Numbered from the stretch's first letter, positions 39,165 through 53,714 are shown. The stretch: DNA of 64,000 nucleotides from Octopus bimaculoides (GCF_001194135.2 NC_068990.1:11433973-11497972), one strand, 5' to 3'. Translations and numbers: made by a program. Notes: generated by a model not told the origin, from the letters alone.

Positions 39165-39722
39165 ACTGTTGTTGTTGTTGGCACTCCGTTGCTTATGACG
39201 TTGAGGATTCCAGCTGATCCCATCAATGGAACAGCCTGCTCGTGAAATTAATGTGCAAGTGGCTGAGCACTCCACAGACACGTGTACCCTTAACGTAGTT
39301 CTCGGGGATATTCAGTGTGACACAGTGTGACAAGGCTGGCCCTTTGAATTACAGGCACAATAGAAACAGGAAGTAAGAGTGAGAGAAAGNNNNNNNNNNA
39401 TCAATGGAACAGCCTGCTCGTGAAATTAATGTGCAAGTGGCTGAGCACTCCACAGACACGTGTACCCTTAACGTAGTTCTCGGGGATATTCAGTGTGACA
39501 CAGTGTGACAAGGCTGGCCCTTTGAATTACAGGCACAATAGAAACAGGAAGTAAGAGTGAGAGAAAGTTGTGGTGAAAGAGTACAGCAGGGTTCGCCACC
39601 ATACCCTACTGGAGTCTCGTGGAACTTTAGGTGTTTTTCGCTCAATAAACACCCACAACACTCGGTCTGGGAATCGAAACCGCGAATCCGCTGCCCTAAC
39701 CGCTGGGCCATTGCGCCTCCAC
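39165..39722 (-). mobile_element. SINE family C head with tail X (part duplicated across a 10-N gap)
   Basis: Head as at 2322-2600; tail as at 50280-50420; (AAC)n end. Confidence 0.8.
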
Positions 39723-40599
39723 AGCTCATAAACGTATATTGTGTACATTAAACAATATTTCTCTGTCATTGAATGAATGAATTTTTGTGGATCATACCTT
39801 AACAGAAAAGTAAATTATATATACATGTACGTATAATTTTAGTTATGCATGCCATGACTGTTCTGATGTAAAGATATTGAAGAATTATTAATTTTTTTTT
39901 TTTCTCCATTCCAACAAGAAAAGACCTATTGATCTCTCTTTGTGTCATAATTGTTTAAGATCTGATTTTTATTCAGGTTTAAAACTGGGTAGAACATTGA
40001 CATTGAAAATGCAACACTGAAAACTCAAGAGGTTTAGTTACACCATACTAATAAAAAAACAAGGTTGTATCATGTGTTGTGAAAATGTACATATAAAATT
40101 TTAATTGGATAATGTGTGTCAGAAAAGTTAAAACATTTGTACTCTTTGTAAAGTCAATTTGCTTGTAAACAGATGAATGGGCAGCTGAAAAATGAGAAAG
40201 TAGGTAATGTTGGTGATATTAAACTAGGAGTTCTTCTGTCAAGACTAGAAGACAGCTAATATATAATATATAAAGAAAAATGGAGCAAAATAACATATAT
40301 CAATAATGGCTGTCAAATGAAAATTTCAAACTGTGAAAGGATGACATATCCTTTGCTTTTATTGTACAACCCAATAACAGACTGTTTACTTGTGCCAGGT
40401 TTAACTAATACGCTTGGCGTAAGATTACAACTCCGCTCTCATCCACCTAAGGTTACTACACATACATCAGTATATGTATTTATCTGTCTCTCTTTCTCTC
40501 TCCATATACACACATATGCATGCACACACACACACATACATATACATCTATCCATCCCTCCCCCATCCCTCCCCCATCCATACATACATTCTTCTTTTC

Positions 40600-41005
40600 T
40601 TTTATTCTTTTATTTGTTTCAGTCATTTGACTGCGGCCATGCTGGAGCACTGCCTTTAGTCGAACATATCGACCCTAGGACTTATTCTTTGTAAGTCTAG
40701 TACTTATTTTATCAGTCTCTTTTGCGAAACTGCTAAGTTATGGGGATGTAAACACACCAACATCGGTTGTCAAGGGATAGTGGAGGGGGACAAACACAGA
40801 CACACAAACAGACAGACAGACACACATACACACATATATATACGACTGGCTGCTTTTAGTTTGTGTCTACCAAATCCACTCACAAGGCTTTGGTTGGCCT
40901 GACACTACAATAGAAGACACTTGCCCAAGGTGCCATGCAGTGGGACTGAACCCAGAACCATGTGGCTGGTAAGCAAAGTACTTACCACACAGCCACTCCT
41001 GCACC
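40600..41005 (-). mobile_element. SINE family A, full length
   Basis: Reverse complement of 19941-20330. Confidence 0.9.
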
Positions 41006-41009
41006 TGTG

Positions 41010-41225
41010 ACTAAGTGTGCATCGTTGGCGATTTTCTTTTGCTGTCTTCCCTTCTTTGGACTTTTCCTATATTTCTGACGAAGAGCTCCGCTCAAAACGT
41101 TATATCCTGTTTCTTTTCTTTCCTTTCCTGAGCGTCCAATAACACTGTACTTATTCCACATCCTCTGTTGTTGTTTTGTTGTGTTTTTTTGTGTTTTTTC
41201 TTGCTTGTTCATGTTTGAATCGTAT
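41010..41225 (+). mobile_element. Probable Penelope pseudo-LTR fragment with a degenerate minimal hammerhead (41071-41104)
   Basis: TTT-CTGACGA-A-GAG ctccg CTC-AAAACGTT; GAAA reads AAAA. Confidence 0.5.
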
Positions 41226-41338
41226 ATATATATTTACATGCAGTTAAATATATGTCTGGTGATAGTGAGCAATGGTTTTACATCTTAAAAAACTAAGCTT
41301 TATGGACGACTCATATATTTCGCTGCAAGTAAAAAATA

Positions 41339-41700
41339 CAGGGTGATTCAAAAGTTGCCATACAGAGGATTAATTTATCTTTTTATAAGAAACAGTTTAT
41401 AAGAACAGTTTTTTTATTTATTTAACAGGCTCTATATGGTTACCATTGTTTTGAATACACATTGCAATACGTTTACCCCTCTCATTGTGAACTCGTAATA
41501 GCACATCTGGTGATACATGTGCAAATGAGTTGGTGATGCGTTCCTTCAAATGCTTTGTCTTTTATCTTTCCACGATACACCATGCCTTTCAAATGCCCCC
41601 AAAGAGAGAAATCAAGAGGGATCAGATCAGGAGAACTAGGGGATCTTATAAACTGTTACTTATAAAAAAATTAACTTTTCCTATGTATGGAGACTTTTGA
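41339..41700 (-). mobile_element. Tc1/mariner-superfamily 3' end
   Basis: TA+CAGGGTG terminus; HLKERITNSFAHVSPDVLLRVHNERGKRIAMCIQNNGNHIE and a decayed PPRSPDL-type motif. Confidence 0.75.
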
Positions 41701-41808
41701 ATCACCCTTTACATTACTGCTTTATTCTTTAGAGTGTGCTTCTTGTCACATATATGATCCACTGACAACACATACATACATACATGCGTACATACATACA
41801 TACATACA

Positions 41809-41861
<53 letters not shown>

Positions 41862-43699
41862 NNNNNNNNNNNNNNNNNNNNNNNNNNNNNNNNNNNNNNN
41901 NNNNNNNNNNNNNNNNNNNNNNNNNNNNNNNNNNNNNNNNNNNNNNNNNNNNNNNNNNNNNNNNNNNNNNNNNNNNNNNNNNNNNNNNNNNNNNNNNNNN
42001 NNNNNNNNNNNNNNNNNNNNNNNNNNNNNNNNNNNNNNNNNNNNNNNNNNNNNNNNNNNNNNNNNNNNNNNNNNNNNNNNNNNNNNNNNNNNNNNNNNNN
42101 NNNNNNNNNNNNNNNNNNNNNNNNNNNNNNNNNNNNNNNNNNNNNNNNNNNNNNNNNNNNNNNNNNNNNNNNNNNNNNNNNNNNNNNNNNNNNNNNNNNN
42201 NNNNNNNNNNNNNNNNNNNATATATATATATATATATATAAATTCAAGCACACATGTACTACCTCAAAGTTTAGCTATGCAACATTCATTGATTGGATCA
42301 AAAATTACTTTGGTTTTCAACTCTTATACAAGCTATCAAGAGTTTATGTGAGGAAAAAGCAATGATGCTGTAAAGTCGATGTGGTTTATTAGTAATTTTT
42401 TGTTGTATGTAAAAATGTATCACTATGAATGGTTTAACGGACTGTTAAGGGTGTGTGGAAACAAAACAGAAAAAACATTTGCAAGGAGAAAGAGAAAGTA
42501 TTTGACTATAAAAGGGGAAGAGGAATATATGGGCGAAGGAAATGTTGATAATGTGAGGTTAAAGGGAAAATGTTGGTAAAGACATTTTCTCTGGTTTGAT
42601 AGTTAAAGTTAGGTTGAAACTTTTTGAGCATCTAAAGCAATTATTGATCATTTACATGTTGTTGGTAGGGATCATTCAAGCTCCTGAGTAAATAGAGTTG
42701 CTAAAAGGTAGATTTGTATCGGAAAATATGAGTAGTTTGTGTGAGAAATTTACTTCTGTAACTTTGGCATTTTGTGTTATGTTAGTTATATATAGTGTCA
42801 GAAATTTATGGTTTGTAGTTTTTAGCTACTGTTAAGGTTAATATAAGGATGTATATAACTTTAGATGCAACAGATTCGATGTGTGTAGAAGAGCAGGTCA
42901 GAGAGAAGTTAAATTCAGAATTTTATGTTAAAGGGTAGCTTTTAAGCATATCTTCAACTAAGTAAGAAATGTGTATTTTCCTGCCTTTGTAGATAAATAT
43001 AGGTGTTGCAATTTTTTTTATTTATTTATATGCATGAACATATATTATTTGTGTTTATATATGTATATATGAGTATATATGAGTATATATGAGTATATAT
43101 GAGTATATATGAGTAAATATGCATCTGCTTCTATTTATGCATATATTGGAGTCACCATGCCTACATAGAAGTATTTTATTTTTGTACATGGTACCTTCAG
43201 TTCCACATGAATGTTATATATAAGCATGCATGTATATTTGCATATGTGCATACATGCATAAATCTGCATTATACAGATTTATGTGTAAATAAGAGTATTT
43301 TCTGTTGGTTTATTATTATTTTTTTATATTTAGTTATGTGTAATGTATGTTTCTCTATGTATCGAAATATTAAAAATAATAGGTAGGAATAAACACTTTA
43401 TGTTTTCTGTATGTTATTATATGTATATGCAGTTGTGCATATATGGATATATATACATGTGCAAGTATAAATATATATACGAGTACACATATATATTGTT
43501 GCCTATCTATGTACAAATATAGATATGTATGCATATGTGTGTGTATATATATATATTTGAGTATATTTAAGAATTTAAGGAATGGAGAAAACGCATGTTA
43601 TAATTGCATACTTTATTCCTACATATGTTTCAAAGGATTACAACCTGTGTGATCCATAGGGATCTTTGATATTAAAATTGTAACCTTTTCATCAGGAAA

Positions 43700-43738
<39 letters not shown>

Positions 43739-44764
43739 TATGTGTGTATATNNNNNNNNNNNNNNNNNNNNNNNNNNNNNNNNNNNNNNNNNNNNNNNNN
43801 NNNNNNNNNNNNNNNNNNNNNNNNNNNNNNNNNNNNNNNNNNNNNNNNNNNNNNNNNNNNNNNNNNNNNNNNNNNNNNNNNNNNNNNNNNNNNNNNNNNN
43901 NNNNNNNNNNNNNNNNNNNNNNNNNNNNNNNNNNNNNNNNNNNNNNNNNNNNNNNNNNNNNNNNNNNNNNNNNNNNNNNNNNNNNNNNNNNNNNNNNNNN
44001 NNNNNNNNNNNNNNNNNNGTGTGTGTGTGTGTACCTTTATGTTTCCATATATATATTTACAAGAATATTCATATGTGCACATACCAATATATGTGTGAGT
44101 TAATATCTATTTGTTCGTGTAGATACCTATATGTGTTCATCTTCGAATATTTAAGATCAATATGATTTCATATATTTGCATAAGTATACACATATTTGTC
44201 CATAGCTAAGTGTATGAACATGTATTAGTAGATGCATTTGTATATATGTGCCTGTGCATATAAGTATATCTATATATATGTGAAAATATTTATTTGTTGA
44301 TACTTATATGTATGAGTGTGTGTACACATACTAACCCATTAAATTTTAGATTGTGTATAAAATCTGTATCTACACAAATGTATATATTTATCCATCAGTT
44401 ATCGATACAAAATTTATGTTAACACCAAAATCTATATTGATATCAAGTGATAACACCCGTATCTATCATTAAAGCTTCTGTTTAAAAAAATATTCTTACT
44501 CAGGGGAAGATGTGCTTAAAGAAAATCCCTAAGCATAAACCACTGAATTTAATTCACCTTTGACCTCTGATCCTATGCAGGTCTAACCTATCACACCTGT
44601 ACATACATGCTTCAATGATACTTTTCCAAAACTAAATATAGCCAACATTGTAGAAATCGTCTGATGAGATTTAACAGAGCATCCAACAAAAACCCACTGG
44701 ATGTAAACTTTTTGGGACCTAACTATGACTTGTTCTATTTAAATCTAATTTTCAAATCATGCCC

Positions 44765-45140
44765 ATCATCATCATCATCATCATCATCATTTAACGTCCG
44801 CTTTCCATGCTAGCATGAGTTGGACGATTTGACTGAGGACTGGTGGACCTGGTGGCTACACCAGACTCCAATCTGATCTGGCAGAGTTACTACAGCTGGA
44901 TGCCCTTCCTAACGCCAAACCACTCTGAGAGTGTAGTGGGTGCTTTTACATGCTCACCAGCACGAAGGCCAATCAGGCGGTACTGGCAACAGCCACGCTC
45001 GAAATGGTGTATTTTATGTGCCACCTGCACAGAAGCCAGTCCAGTGGTACTGGCAACAATCTCGCTCGAATGTCTTTTCACGTGCCAGGAAGGCGACGTT
45101 AGTAACGACCACGCTCAAATGGTGTTATTTACATGCCAAT
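44765..45140 (-). mobile_element. SINE family E with internal imperfect repeats
   Basis: (CAT)n-TTAACGTCCGCTTTCCATGCTAGC; three GTACTGGCAAC..CGCTCGAA..TTT..ACGTGCCA-like units. Confidence 0.75.
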
Positions 45141-45374
45141 AACCAACAATTGAGCATTTGCTTTTTACTGTCACCTTTATTATTTTACTACTTCCAGCCA
45201 TATGCATCATTTACACAAATTACATCCCACCGAAATGGCTCTTTAAACATCTCATACCTTAATCACAAATTTCTAATTTGCTCCTACGTGCTCCCTTTCA
45301 TGATTTCACCCTTGCCCACTTACATATTCATAAATACATAGATGGTGGGGTTTTTTTTTCCTTTCAACTAAGTT

Positions 45375-45748
45375 CTCTCTTTTAGTCTTTTACTTGTTTC
45401 AGTCACTTGACTGTGGCCATGCTGGAGCACCGCCTTTCGTCGAGCAATTCGACCCCAGGACTTATTCTTTGTAAGCCTAGTACTTATTCTATCGGCCTCT
45501 ATTGCTGAACCTCTGGGTTACAGAGAAGTAAAGACACCACCATCGGTTGTCAAGTGATGTTGGGGGACAAACACAGACACACATAGATGGGCATCTTTCA
45601 GTTTCTGTCTACCAAATCCACTCACAAGGCTTTGGTCGGCCCAAGGCTATAGTAGAAGACTCTTGCCCAAGGTGCCACGCAGTGGGACTGAACCTGGAAC
45701 CATGTGGTTCGTAAGCAAGCTACTTCCCACACAGCCACTCCTACGCAT
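45375..45748 (-). mobile_element. SINE family A, full length with almost no internal microsatellite
   Basis: Reverse complement of family A. Confidence 0.9.
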
Positions 45749-45774
45749 AATTTCTAATGGATGTAACTTTGGAA

Positions 45775-46010
45775 AGACAAAACTCAACTTTTCCATATTG
45801 GTTTCAAATTTTGACACAAAACCAGCAGGTTTGGGTGAGGGGTTAAATTGATTAAATCAACCTCAGTGTTCAACTTATTCTATTGACCCCCGAAAGGATG
45901 AAAGGCAAAATTGATCCCAATGAAATCTGGACTCAGAATATAAAGATGGAAGAAATTTCACTAAGCATTTCACCTGGTAGGCTAATGATTCTGATAACCT
46001 GCCACCATTC
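45775..46010 (-). mobile_element. SINE family B, diverged
   Basis: GACCCCCGAAAGGATGAAAGGCAAA motif. Confidence 0.7.
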
Positions 46011-48479
46011 AACTTTTCCATATTGCTAATATAGTTCCAATTATTTTCTTTTCTTCTGTCATTCTGTTTTTCTTCTCGTCTTTGTCTTTTTTTCTGTCAC
46101 AGCCAATGAATCTGTGTTAATCTGCCAGATATCATCTTTTCAAATTTGCAATACAAAAAAGCCCAAGTTATATATTTCTGATCAGTCATATGTATGCGTT
46201 GCACACTATGGTTAGCCGTAGCTGAAAAAGGCAAAACACTTTTAGCTGGAAGGTTGTGTCTCTGACCCCCTTAATACAAATTCTTGCTTCTCACGAGTTG
46301 CATATAAAATGATAGAAATAATACCAAAAATGAGTTTTTACAATTCACAGCAACACTTTATTCTTCCACTAAATGAATTATACAGTGAACCAGGTTAATA
46401 CATCAGGAAGAATGTGGGCTGTAGAAGTTCATTCAGAGTTGGCTTTTCAACTCGGTCAAACTTGGTTACATGTATTTCAACAGGAACAAAAATAATGTGA
46501 CACAGCTTCCTGAAAACAGACTCCCACTTCTGCTAAAAGGAAAAACTTTGTGTTATTCACTAACAAAAAATGGCTCAGAAGAACATTTAGAATTTGTTGT
46601 GTTCGGTGGTCTATTGTGCTAGACAAATGAGTATGCACTCCGTATCTTGCGTAAAACCAAACCAATCCAAATGCTTGACTCGACAAGCATTTCAGCATCA
46701 CATGACTAATCACATGACCAATTATTTGAGACTTATGCATGAATACCCTTTCAGAGTAGTTAAGTCTAAACATGCAATTATGAACTTAGTTTTGCTACAC
46801 ACTCAATAAAATAAAATTCCATGATATTACAAGAGATGCTACATGTGTGGAAGAGAGTGAAAAGCCACATTTGTGCTGCTCATGTTAGGGAGAAAAATCA
46901 AGTGATGCCTTTGCTTGAAATGTGATAGTCGAAGCTATCACATATAAATTCATACACACATACATGTATACATGATCATACATACATATATACAAACATG
47001 TCTCTACAAATGCAAATATGTGTACTCATACAGGTGTTAAACATTCAAAGATAAACGCAAACACAGACTAATATATAAAATATACACAAACAAATACAGA
47101 TATAAAAGATTAAAAGAAGCAAAGAGAATAACTCAAAAGACCAATGGCACGACTTTGAATAATTAAGTTAAGGAGTGCATCTTGAATAATATGCCTTGTA
47201 AAATTATCAATTTCTTGAAATCACCTTTTGTTAAAAACAGAAACATATTTGACTTTGTTTCAGTTCTAATCTCGCAAATTAAGCTGTTGATAAAATTATA
47301 TGCAAATTAATTTTTTGAAATGCAAAAATAGAAAATATTCACTAAAAAAGATAGAACTAGATTATACTGACAAGCATATAAATTAGATGAAAATGCATGT
47401 CCATAGGACTATCTAGCCTTTAAACAAAGGTCAGATAGTTCTCACTCTTCATCAAAAATTAATTCACAAATTTAAAACAAATTCCTCGAAATTATCTCCC
47501 CTTGTCCTTGAGAGTCGCTTGCATGAGCCATTAGGTTTTTGTTTCTGTTTCAAACCAGACCCGAATCAAATTAAACTAGAAATGTATTGGATATTTCATT
47601 CAGTACACCAAGTTTAGGAAAACATGTTACTCATTGAATTAACATGTGATGCAGCTTAGTATTTGACAGAATGTATCCTGAATGTGATTCTGAAGTGGAA
47701 TCACTGTGAGAAGGTTTCATTTTATAGGTACAATTCATGCAACAGCTCATTCAGAGTGTTCTGTCTACATAATTTTACTCACAGATCTTGAGCTAATCTG
47801 AGGCTTTAGAAAATGAAAATGCTTGTAACAGATGTCATGTTGAGATCAACCATGGAAGCTCAATGTTGTGAAGCCAAATCTTCAATCATTCAACTGCATA
47901 CACACACATCTCTCTCTTCCCTCCTCTCTCTTTTTCTATCTCGCTTCCCCATCTCTCCCTGTATATATAGGTTAGGTCAAGTGTGGAGGCATGTGCCATT
48001 GCAGTGCATTGCTGCATTCACTATTTGTCAATATATTCCCAGGTCCTCTAGGACAGTGCCTCTCAAACTATCTGATGTGGCATACCAGCAGTTTTGTTTT
48101 TCCAGTGTGCCAGGGACCTGTAATATTCCTTAGTAATATTAATTTATAGCGGAAACAATATATATATAATGAATAGGAGTAGCTGTGTGGTAAGTAACTT
48201 GCTAACCAACCACATGGTTCCGGGTTCAGTCCCACTGCGTGTAACAGCTGACCATCTGTTGAGTTCAAAATTTTTTGAGGAGAGTCATGTCTTGAATGAT
48301 ACAGAATAAATCAATGTACTACCACCCTTAAATCTGCTGAATCAATAACCAGAATGAATAGCAAATAAATCCAACACCACCACATAGAACTCCATCCCCA
48401 TATTACTACCATTTCTTCTCTTGCTCTCTTCGCATCATCTAATGCCTCCTGACAAATACATGCAGAATTACCTACATAG

Positions 48480-48714
48480 GTGGCAAGCAGGCAGAAACAT
48501 TAGCACGCCAAGCAAAATGCTTAGCTGTATTTCGTCTGCTGCTACGTTCTGAGTTCAAATTGCGCCGAGGTTGACTTCGCCTTTCATCCTTTCGGGGTTG
48601 ATTAAATAAGTACCAGTTATGCACTAGGGTCGATATAATTGACTTAATTTGTTTGTCTGCCCTTGTTTGTCCCCTCTGTGTGAAGCCCCTTGTGGGCAGT
48701 AAAGAAATAAGAAA
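48480..48714 (+). mobile_element. SINE family B with 11-bp TSD
   Basis: TSD TACCTACATAG at 48469-48479 and 48715-48725. Confidence 0.9.
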
Positions 48715-50124
48715 TACCTACATAGCTAGATTGGCCTTCATACAGGTAAGAAGTGGTAACATCCCCCTGTGATTCTTCCACTAATGTAGAATCACTTGCT
48801 GAAATGAACCAATGATGATAACCAACCAGATGCCCATGGATAATATGGACTATACTGTACTCATCCCAAGGATGTTAAAATCATGTGATTTGTGGAAATG
48901 CACATAGAGATGTATTAAATAGTCAGTATCATTAGATGCTAGCCGACATAATGAGATAGGAGCTTTTTTTTGCATACCTTTAACATTACCATAAACGAAT
49001 TTAGAAGGCATATATGTCTGTATATATGTATGTGGGTTTGTGAAAACAATCCTAAAAAGCAATTATTTTTATATAGCTAGCCTTATAACATGTGTGCCTG
49101 AAAAGCTGAAAACAGTGAAAAGCATAGACACATAAACTTACCTTTTTTGATATATTATAAAAGTATAGTGATACTTTTTTAATATATTAGTTTATAAATG
49201 CAAATTTTTTTTTAAATATTGACACAGTATCAAGAAATTTTTCTAAAAGCATTTTAAATATATATGAATATATGTGCATGGTCTGAAAATTCATTGAAAA
49301 AAAAGAAACTACTTAAAACTGTGCAAAGCTGAACAACAGCAAAAATCAATCAGTAAAATGTGATTTTTCAGCTGCAAAATCTCTTTTGGCTACAATATGC
49401 CCTAAAATTTATTCATTGAAACTATTTTTTATACAGAACATATTTTGTGCACACAAAATATTTTCTCAGTGCAAGAACTTTCCAGTAATAGGTTATTCTC
49501 TCTCTTTCATAGCATGAAAACTCATCTTGTGAAAGCATTCCCCAATATTTTTACTGTTTAAATGTTACATGAAAATGTTTGTTATGTGAAAACATAATTC
49601 TGTAGTTATACTTTCACATAAAAGTGTATACAATTGGAATATTTACTTCCTAAGTTAAAAAATAAAACTTGCTTCATTCAAGTAAGTATGTATATATATA
49701 TATATATATATATATNNNNNNNNNNNNNNNNNNNNNNNNNNNNNNNNNNNNNNNNNNNNNNNNNNNNNNNNNNNNNNNNNNNNNNNNNNNNNNNNNNNAT
49801 ATTAAGGATAAATAAAAATGAAAGTGCCACTTTTAAAAATATTTTTGTGGGTGTTTTAATTAATTTACATTACATGTTTCGGTGTTTTTGAAAAACCTTA
49901 TCAAAAATGAGTATAAAATATGTGAGAAGAGAAGAGGGCTATTAATAAAATAAAATTGAAATTAAAATTAAGAATGACATTCATAGTTTACTGTTATTTC
50001 TAGCATGCACATGTGGTCCTTTCGTTCCCTTATGAAGGCATGATAGTTCCAACTCACTGTGATAGTAGATTACTACTATCTGTTTTTTGACTATTAAATA
50101 GTGGTCAAGACTATTTTTGTAGGA

Positions 50125-50420
50125 GTGGTTGTGGCCGTCGAATAACCAGCAGCAGTCTGCATATGCTCACCATCATAAGGTCGTGAGTTCAATTACTGGT
50201 GATGCGTTGAGTCCTTGAGCAAGACACTTTATTTCACATTGCTCCAGTCCACTTGGCTGGCAAAAAATGAGTAGTACCTGTATTTGAAAGAGCCAGCCTT
50301 GTCAAACTCTGTGTCATGCTGAATCTCCCAGAGAACTATATTAAGTGTACACATATCTGTGGAGTGCTCAGCCACTTGCACGTTAATTTCACAAGCGAGC
50401 TGTTCCTTTAATCGTATTGA
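50125..50420 (+). mobile_element. SINE family D with tail X
   Basis: Same modules as 858-1155. Confidence 0.75.
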
Positions 50421-51458
50421 ATGTTCCTTATATATACACACACACACATACACGTGCAACTACACATATACACACATGCACACACACACACACACACACA
50501 CATACACACACAGACACACACATAACATGCTTTCATAAACTTGTCATTGACTAAATTGACTACCTTTGCCCTCAGTGGCCGAACTGTGGTCTCGAACCTA
50601 AAGCCATGTGATTACCATGTGAATTTCTTAACTACAGCCCTGTTTATGCTCAGTGCACCTTTATGTGGTGGAGTGGATTCCACACACACACACACACACG
50701 CACACACGCACACCTCACTCTCTTTCTTGCCACTCTCTCTCTCTCTCTTGTCACTCTCTCTCTCTCTTGTCACTCTCTCTGTCTTGTCACTCTCTCACTT
50801 TCTGTAAATATTGATCAATGTATAAAATACATGTCATTTCATCCTTACATTGTATTTTCACTTTCTGAATCTAACTCTCACTTCCTGTCTTCTATTATAT
50901 TTTCTTACATACGACCCCTTCCTTCTTTCTCTCCCTTTAAAGACAATATTACAAGCTATGTTTTATAGCTTTGCCCACTAGCTTGTGCGGTGGTGAACCT
51001 TTGACCACACTCTAATGCCTATAATTTATGTACATCCTTTGCCTTTCTACTTTGTTTTAGGTCAATTTTTCTCTCTTTTGCTGGTTTGCATATTTGTTTT
51101 TCCTTATTTTCCTTGTTTGTTTATAGTTATGTGAATTTTTGATGGCTGAAGATCCCAGCAACTATTTCTTTAGGATTTCAATGTTATATAAAAAATGTCT
51201 TAATGTTTTGAGATATATATAGGNNNNNNNNNNNNNNNNNNNNNNNNNNNNNNNNNNNNNNNNNNNNNNNNNNNNNNNNNNNNNNNNNNNNNNNNNNNNN
51301 NNNNNNNNNNNNNNNNNNNNNNNNNNNNNNNNNNNNNNNNNNNNNNNNNNNNNNNNNNNNNNNNNNNNNNNNNNNNNNNNNNNNNNNNNNNNNNNNNNNN
51401 NNNNNNNNNNNNNNNNNNNNNNNNNNNNNNNNNNNNNNNNNNNNNNNTATATATATAT

Positions 51459-51497
<39 letters not shown>

Positions 51498-53617
51498 TTT
51501 ATATAGATAGATATATCATCATCATTGTCATTTAATGTCCGCTTTCCATGCTGGCATGGGTTGGAGGGTTTGATTGAGGGATGGCAAGCCAGAAGGCTGC
51601 ACATGGCTCCAATTTGATCTGGCAAACTTTCTACTGCTGGATGTCCTTCCTAACACCAACCAATCCATAGAATGTAGTGCGTGCTTTTTATTTGCCATTG
51701 GCACAGGAGCCAGTCACATACACATATATACATATATACATACATACATACATATATATATATGACTAACTGTTACCCATGTACCAACATCAAACCATGA
51801 TACTGTGTGACCTTCCTCAACCGATCACAGCCCACCTTATGGTAATAACAATCAACTTCTGTCATTCAAATCCAAAATGGCTGATGAATAGCATCACACT
51901 TGAAACTCAAGAGTACCAATGAATTTGAATCAAACTGTTTTGATCCATACATGTAACTCCCAATAAATTGGTTGAGTGCCCTTCTTTCGTTTGTCCACTC
52001 ACTCGTGTATATATATANNNNNNNNNNNNNNNNNNNNNNNNNNNNNNNNNNNNNNNNNNNNNNNNNNNNNNNNNNNNNNNNNNNNNNNNNNNNNNNNNNN
52101 NNNNNNNNNNNNNNNNNNNNNNNNNNNNNNNNNNNNNNNNNNNNNNNNNNNNNNNNNNNNNNNNNNNNNNNNNNNNNNNNNNNNNNNNNNNNNNNNNNNN
52201 NNNNNNNNNNNNNNNNNNNNNNNNNNNNNNNNNNNNNNNNNNNNNNNNNNNNNNNNNNNNNNNNNNNNNNNNNNNNNNNNNNNNNNNNNNNNNNNNNNNN
52301 NNNNNNNNNNNNNNNNNNNNNNNNNNNNNNNNNNNNNNNNNNNNNNNNNNNNNNNNNNNNNNNNNNNNNNNNNNNNNNNNNNNNNNNNNNNNNNNNNNNN
52401 NNNNNNNNNNNNNNNNNNNNNNNNNNNNNNNNNNNNNNNNNNNNNNNNNNNNNNNNNNNNNNNNNNNNNNNNNNNNNNNNNNNNNNNNNNNNNNNNNNNN
52501 NNNNNNNNNNNNNNNNNNNNNNNNNNNNNNNNNNNNNNNNNNNNNNNNNNNNNNNNNNNNNNNNNNNNNNNNNNNNNNNNNNNNNNNNNNNNNNNNNNNN
52601 NNNNNNNNNNNNNNNNNNNNNNNNNNNNNNNNNNNNNNNNNNNNNNNNNNNNNNNNNNNNNNNNNNNNNNNNNNNNNNNNNNNNNNNNNNNNNNNNNNNN
52701 NNNNNNNNNNNNNNNNNNNNNNNNNNNNNNNNNNNNNNNNNNNNNNNNNNNNNNNNNNNNNNNNNNNNNNNNNNNNNNNNNNNNNNNNNNNNNNNNNNNN
52801 NNNNNNNNNNNNNNNNNNNNNNNNNNNNNNNNNNNNNNNNNNNNNNNNNNNNNNNNNNNNNNNNNNNNNNNNNNNNNNNNNNNNNNNNNNNNNNNNNNNN
52901 NNNNNNNNNNNNNNNNNNNNNNNNNNNNNNNNNNNNNNNNNNNNNNNNNNNNNGGGTGGGGGTTGGGGTTGGGGTGGCAGTCACAGTGCTGCTGCTCCTT
53001 CTACTGCTTCTGCTGTTAATGATGATGATGGTAGTAGTGTTGCTGCTGCTGCTTCTACTACTGCTGCTTCTTCTTCTGCTGTTGCTGTTTCTGCTGGAAA
53101 TGATGATGATAATAATGGTGAGTGTGGTGGGGTGGGGTGGCAGCAGCAGTGGCAGCAGTGGTAGCAGCAGCGGTAGCAGTGATGGTGATGATGACGACGG
53201 TGATGATGACAACGACAAGGATAACCACAACAACAAAAACATTAATGAGGATTTGGATGACAAGCACAAGTCAGGGATTTTGACAGCTTCACCAAGTCAG
53301 CAAAAAATTCTTCAGGATGATGCTACCAGTTGCCAATGAGAAGAGCAAAAAAAAATACTGCTGCTACTTCACTTAATTAGACACCAACACAGCTTCCCTG
53401 TATTTCACACAAAATCTGTACATAGTAAAAAGAATTAACCGTTATGAAACCTGACAAGGGAAAAGACAGGCTTCTGATGTAAAACATTTTAATAAGAACA
53501 CCAAAACCAAATTACACTAAGATTTTACCAAAATAGAATCTCAAATGAAACATTTCTTGCTAAAAGTTAAGACATTCTTACTGAAAACAGCATGCAGACT
53601 GTCATACATAATGTCAG

Positions 53618-53688
53618 GTGAGAACTCTACTATATCACCTGAAGACATTGCTGGAACTTTCAGAAAGATAGTTGATATGGATGAGAGA
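53618..53688 (+). other. Candidate coding exon (71 bp; or 98 bp if started at 53591)
   Basis: xENSTISPEDIAGTFRKIVDMDER, donor AGA|gtaata; acceptor weak; a competing minus-strand exon exists at 53582-53656. Confidence 0.25.
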
Positions 53689-53714
53689 GTAATACTTTGC
53701 TCCTTAATAATATT

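Noticed and set aside
39221-39569. ~170-bp tandem duplication inside a SINE
   Set aside because: Identical copies on either side of a 10-N gap; assembly artefact
43063-43121. (GTATATATGA)n 10-bp tandem
   Set aside because: Simple derivative of (TA)n slippage
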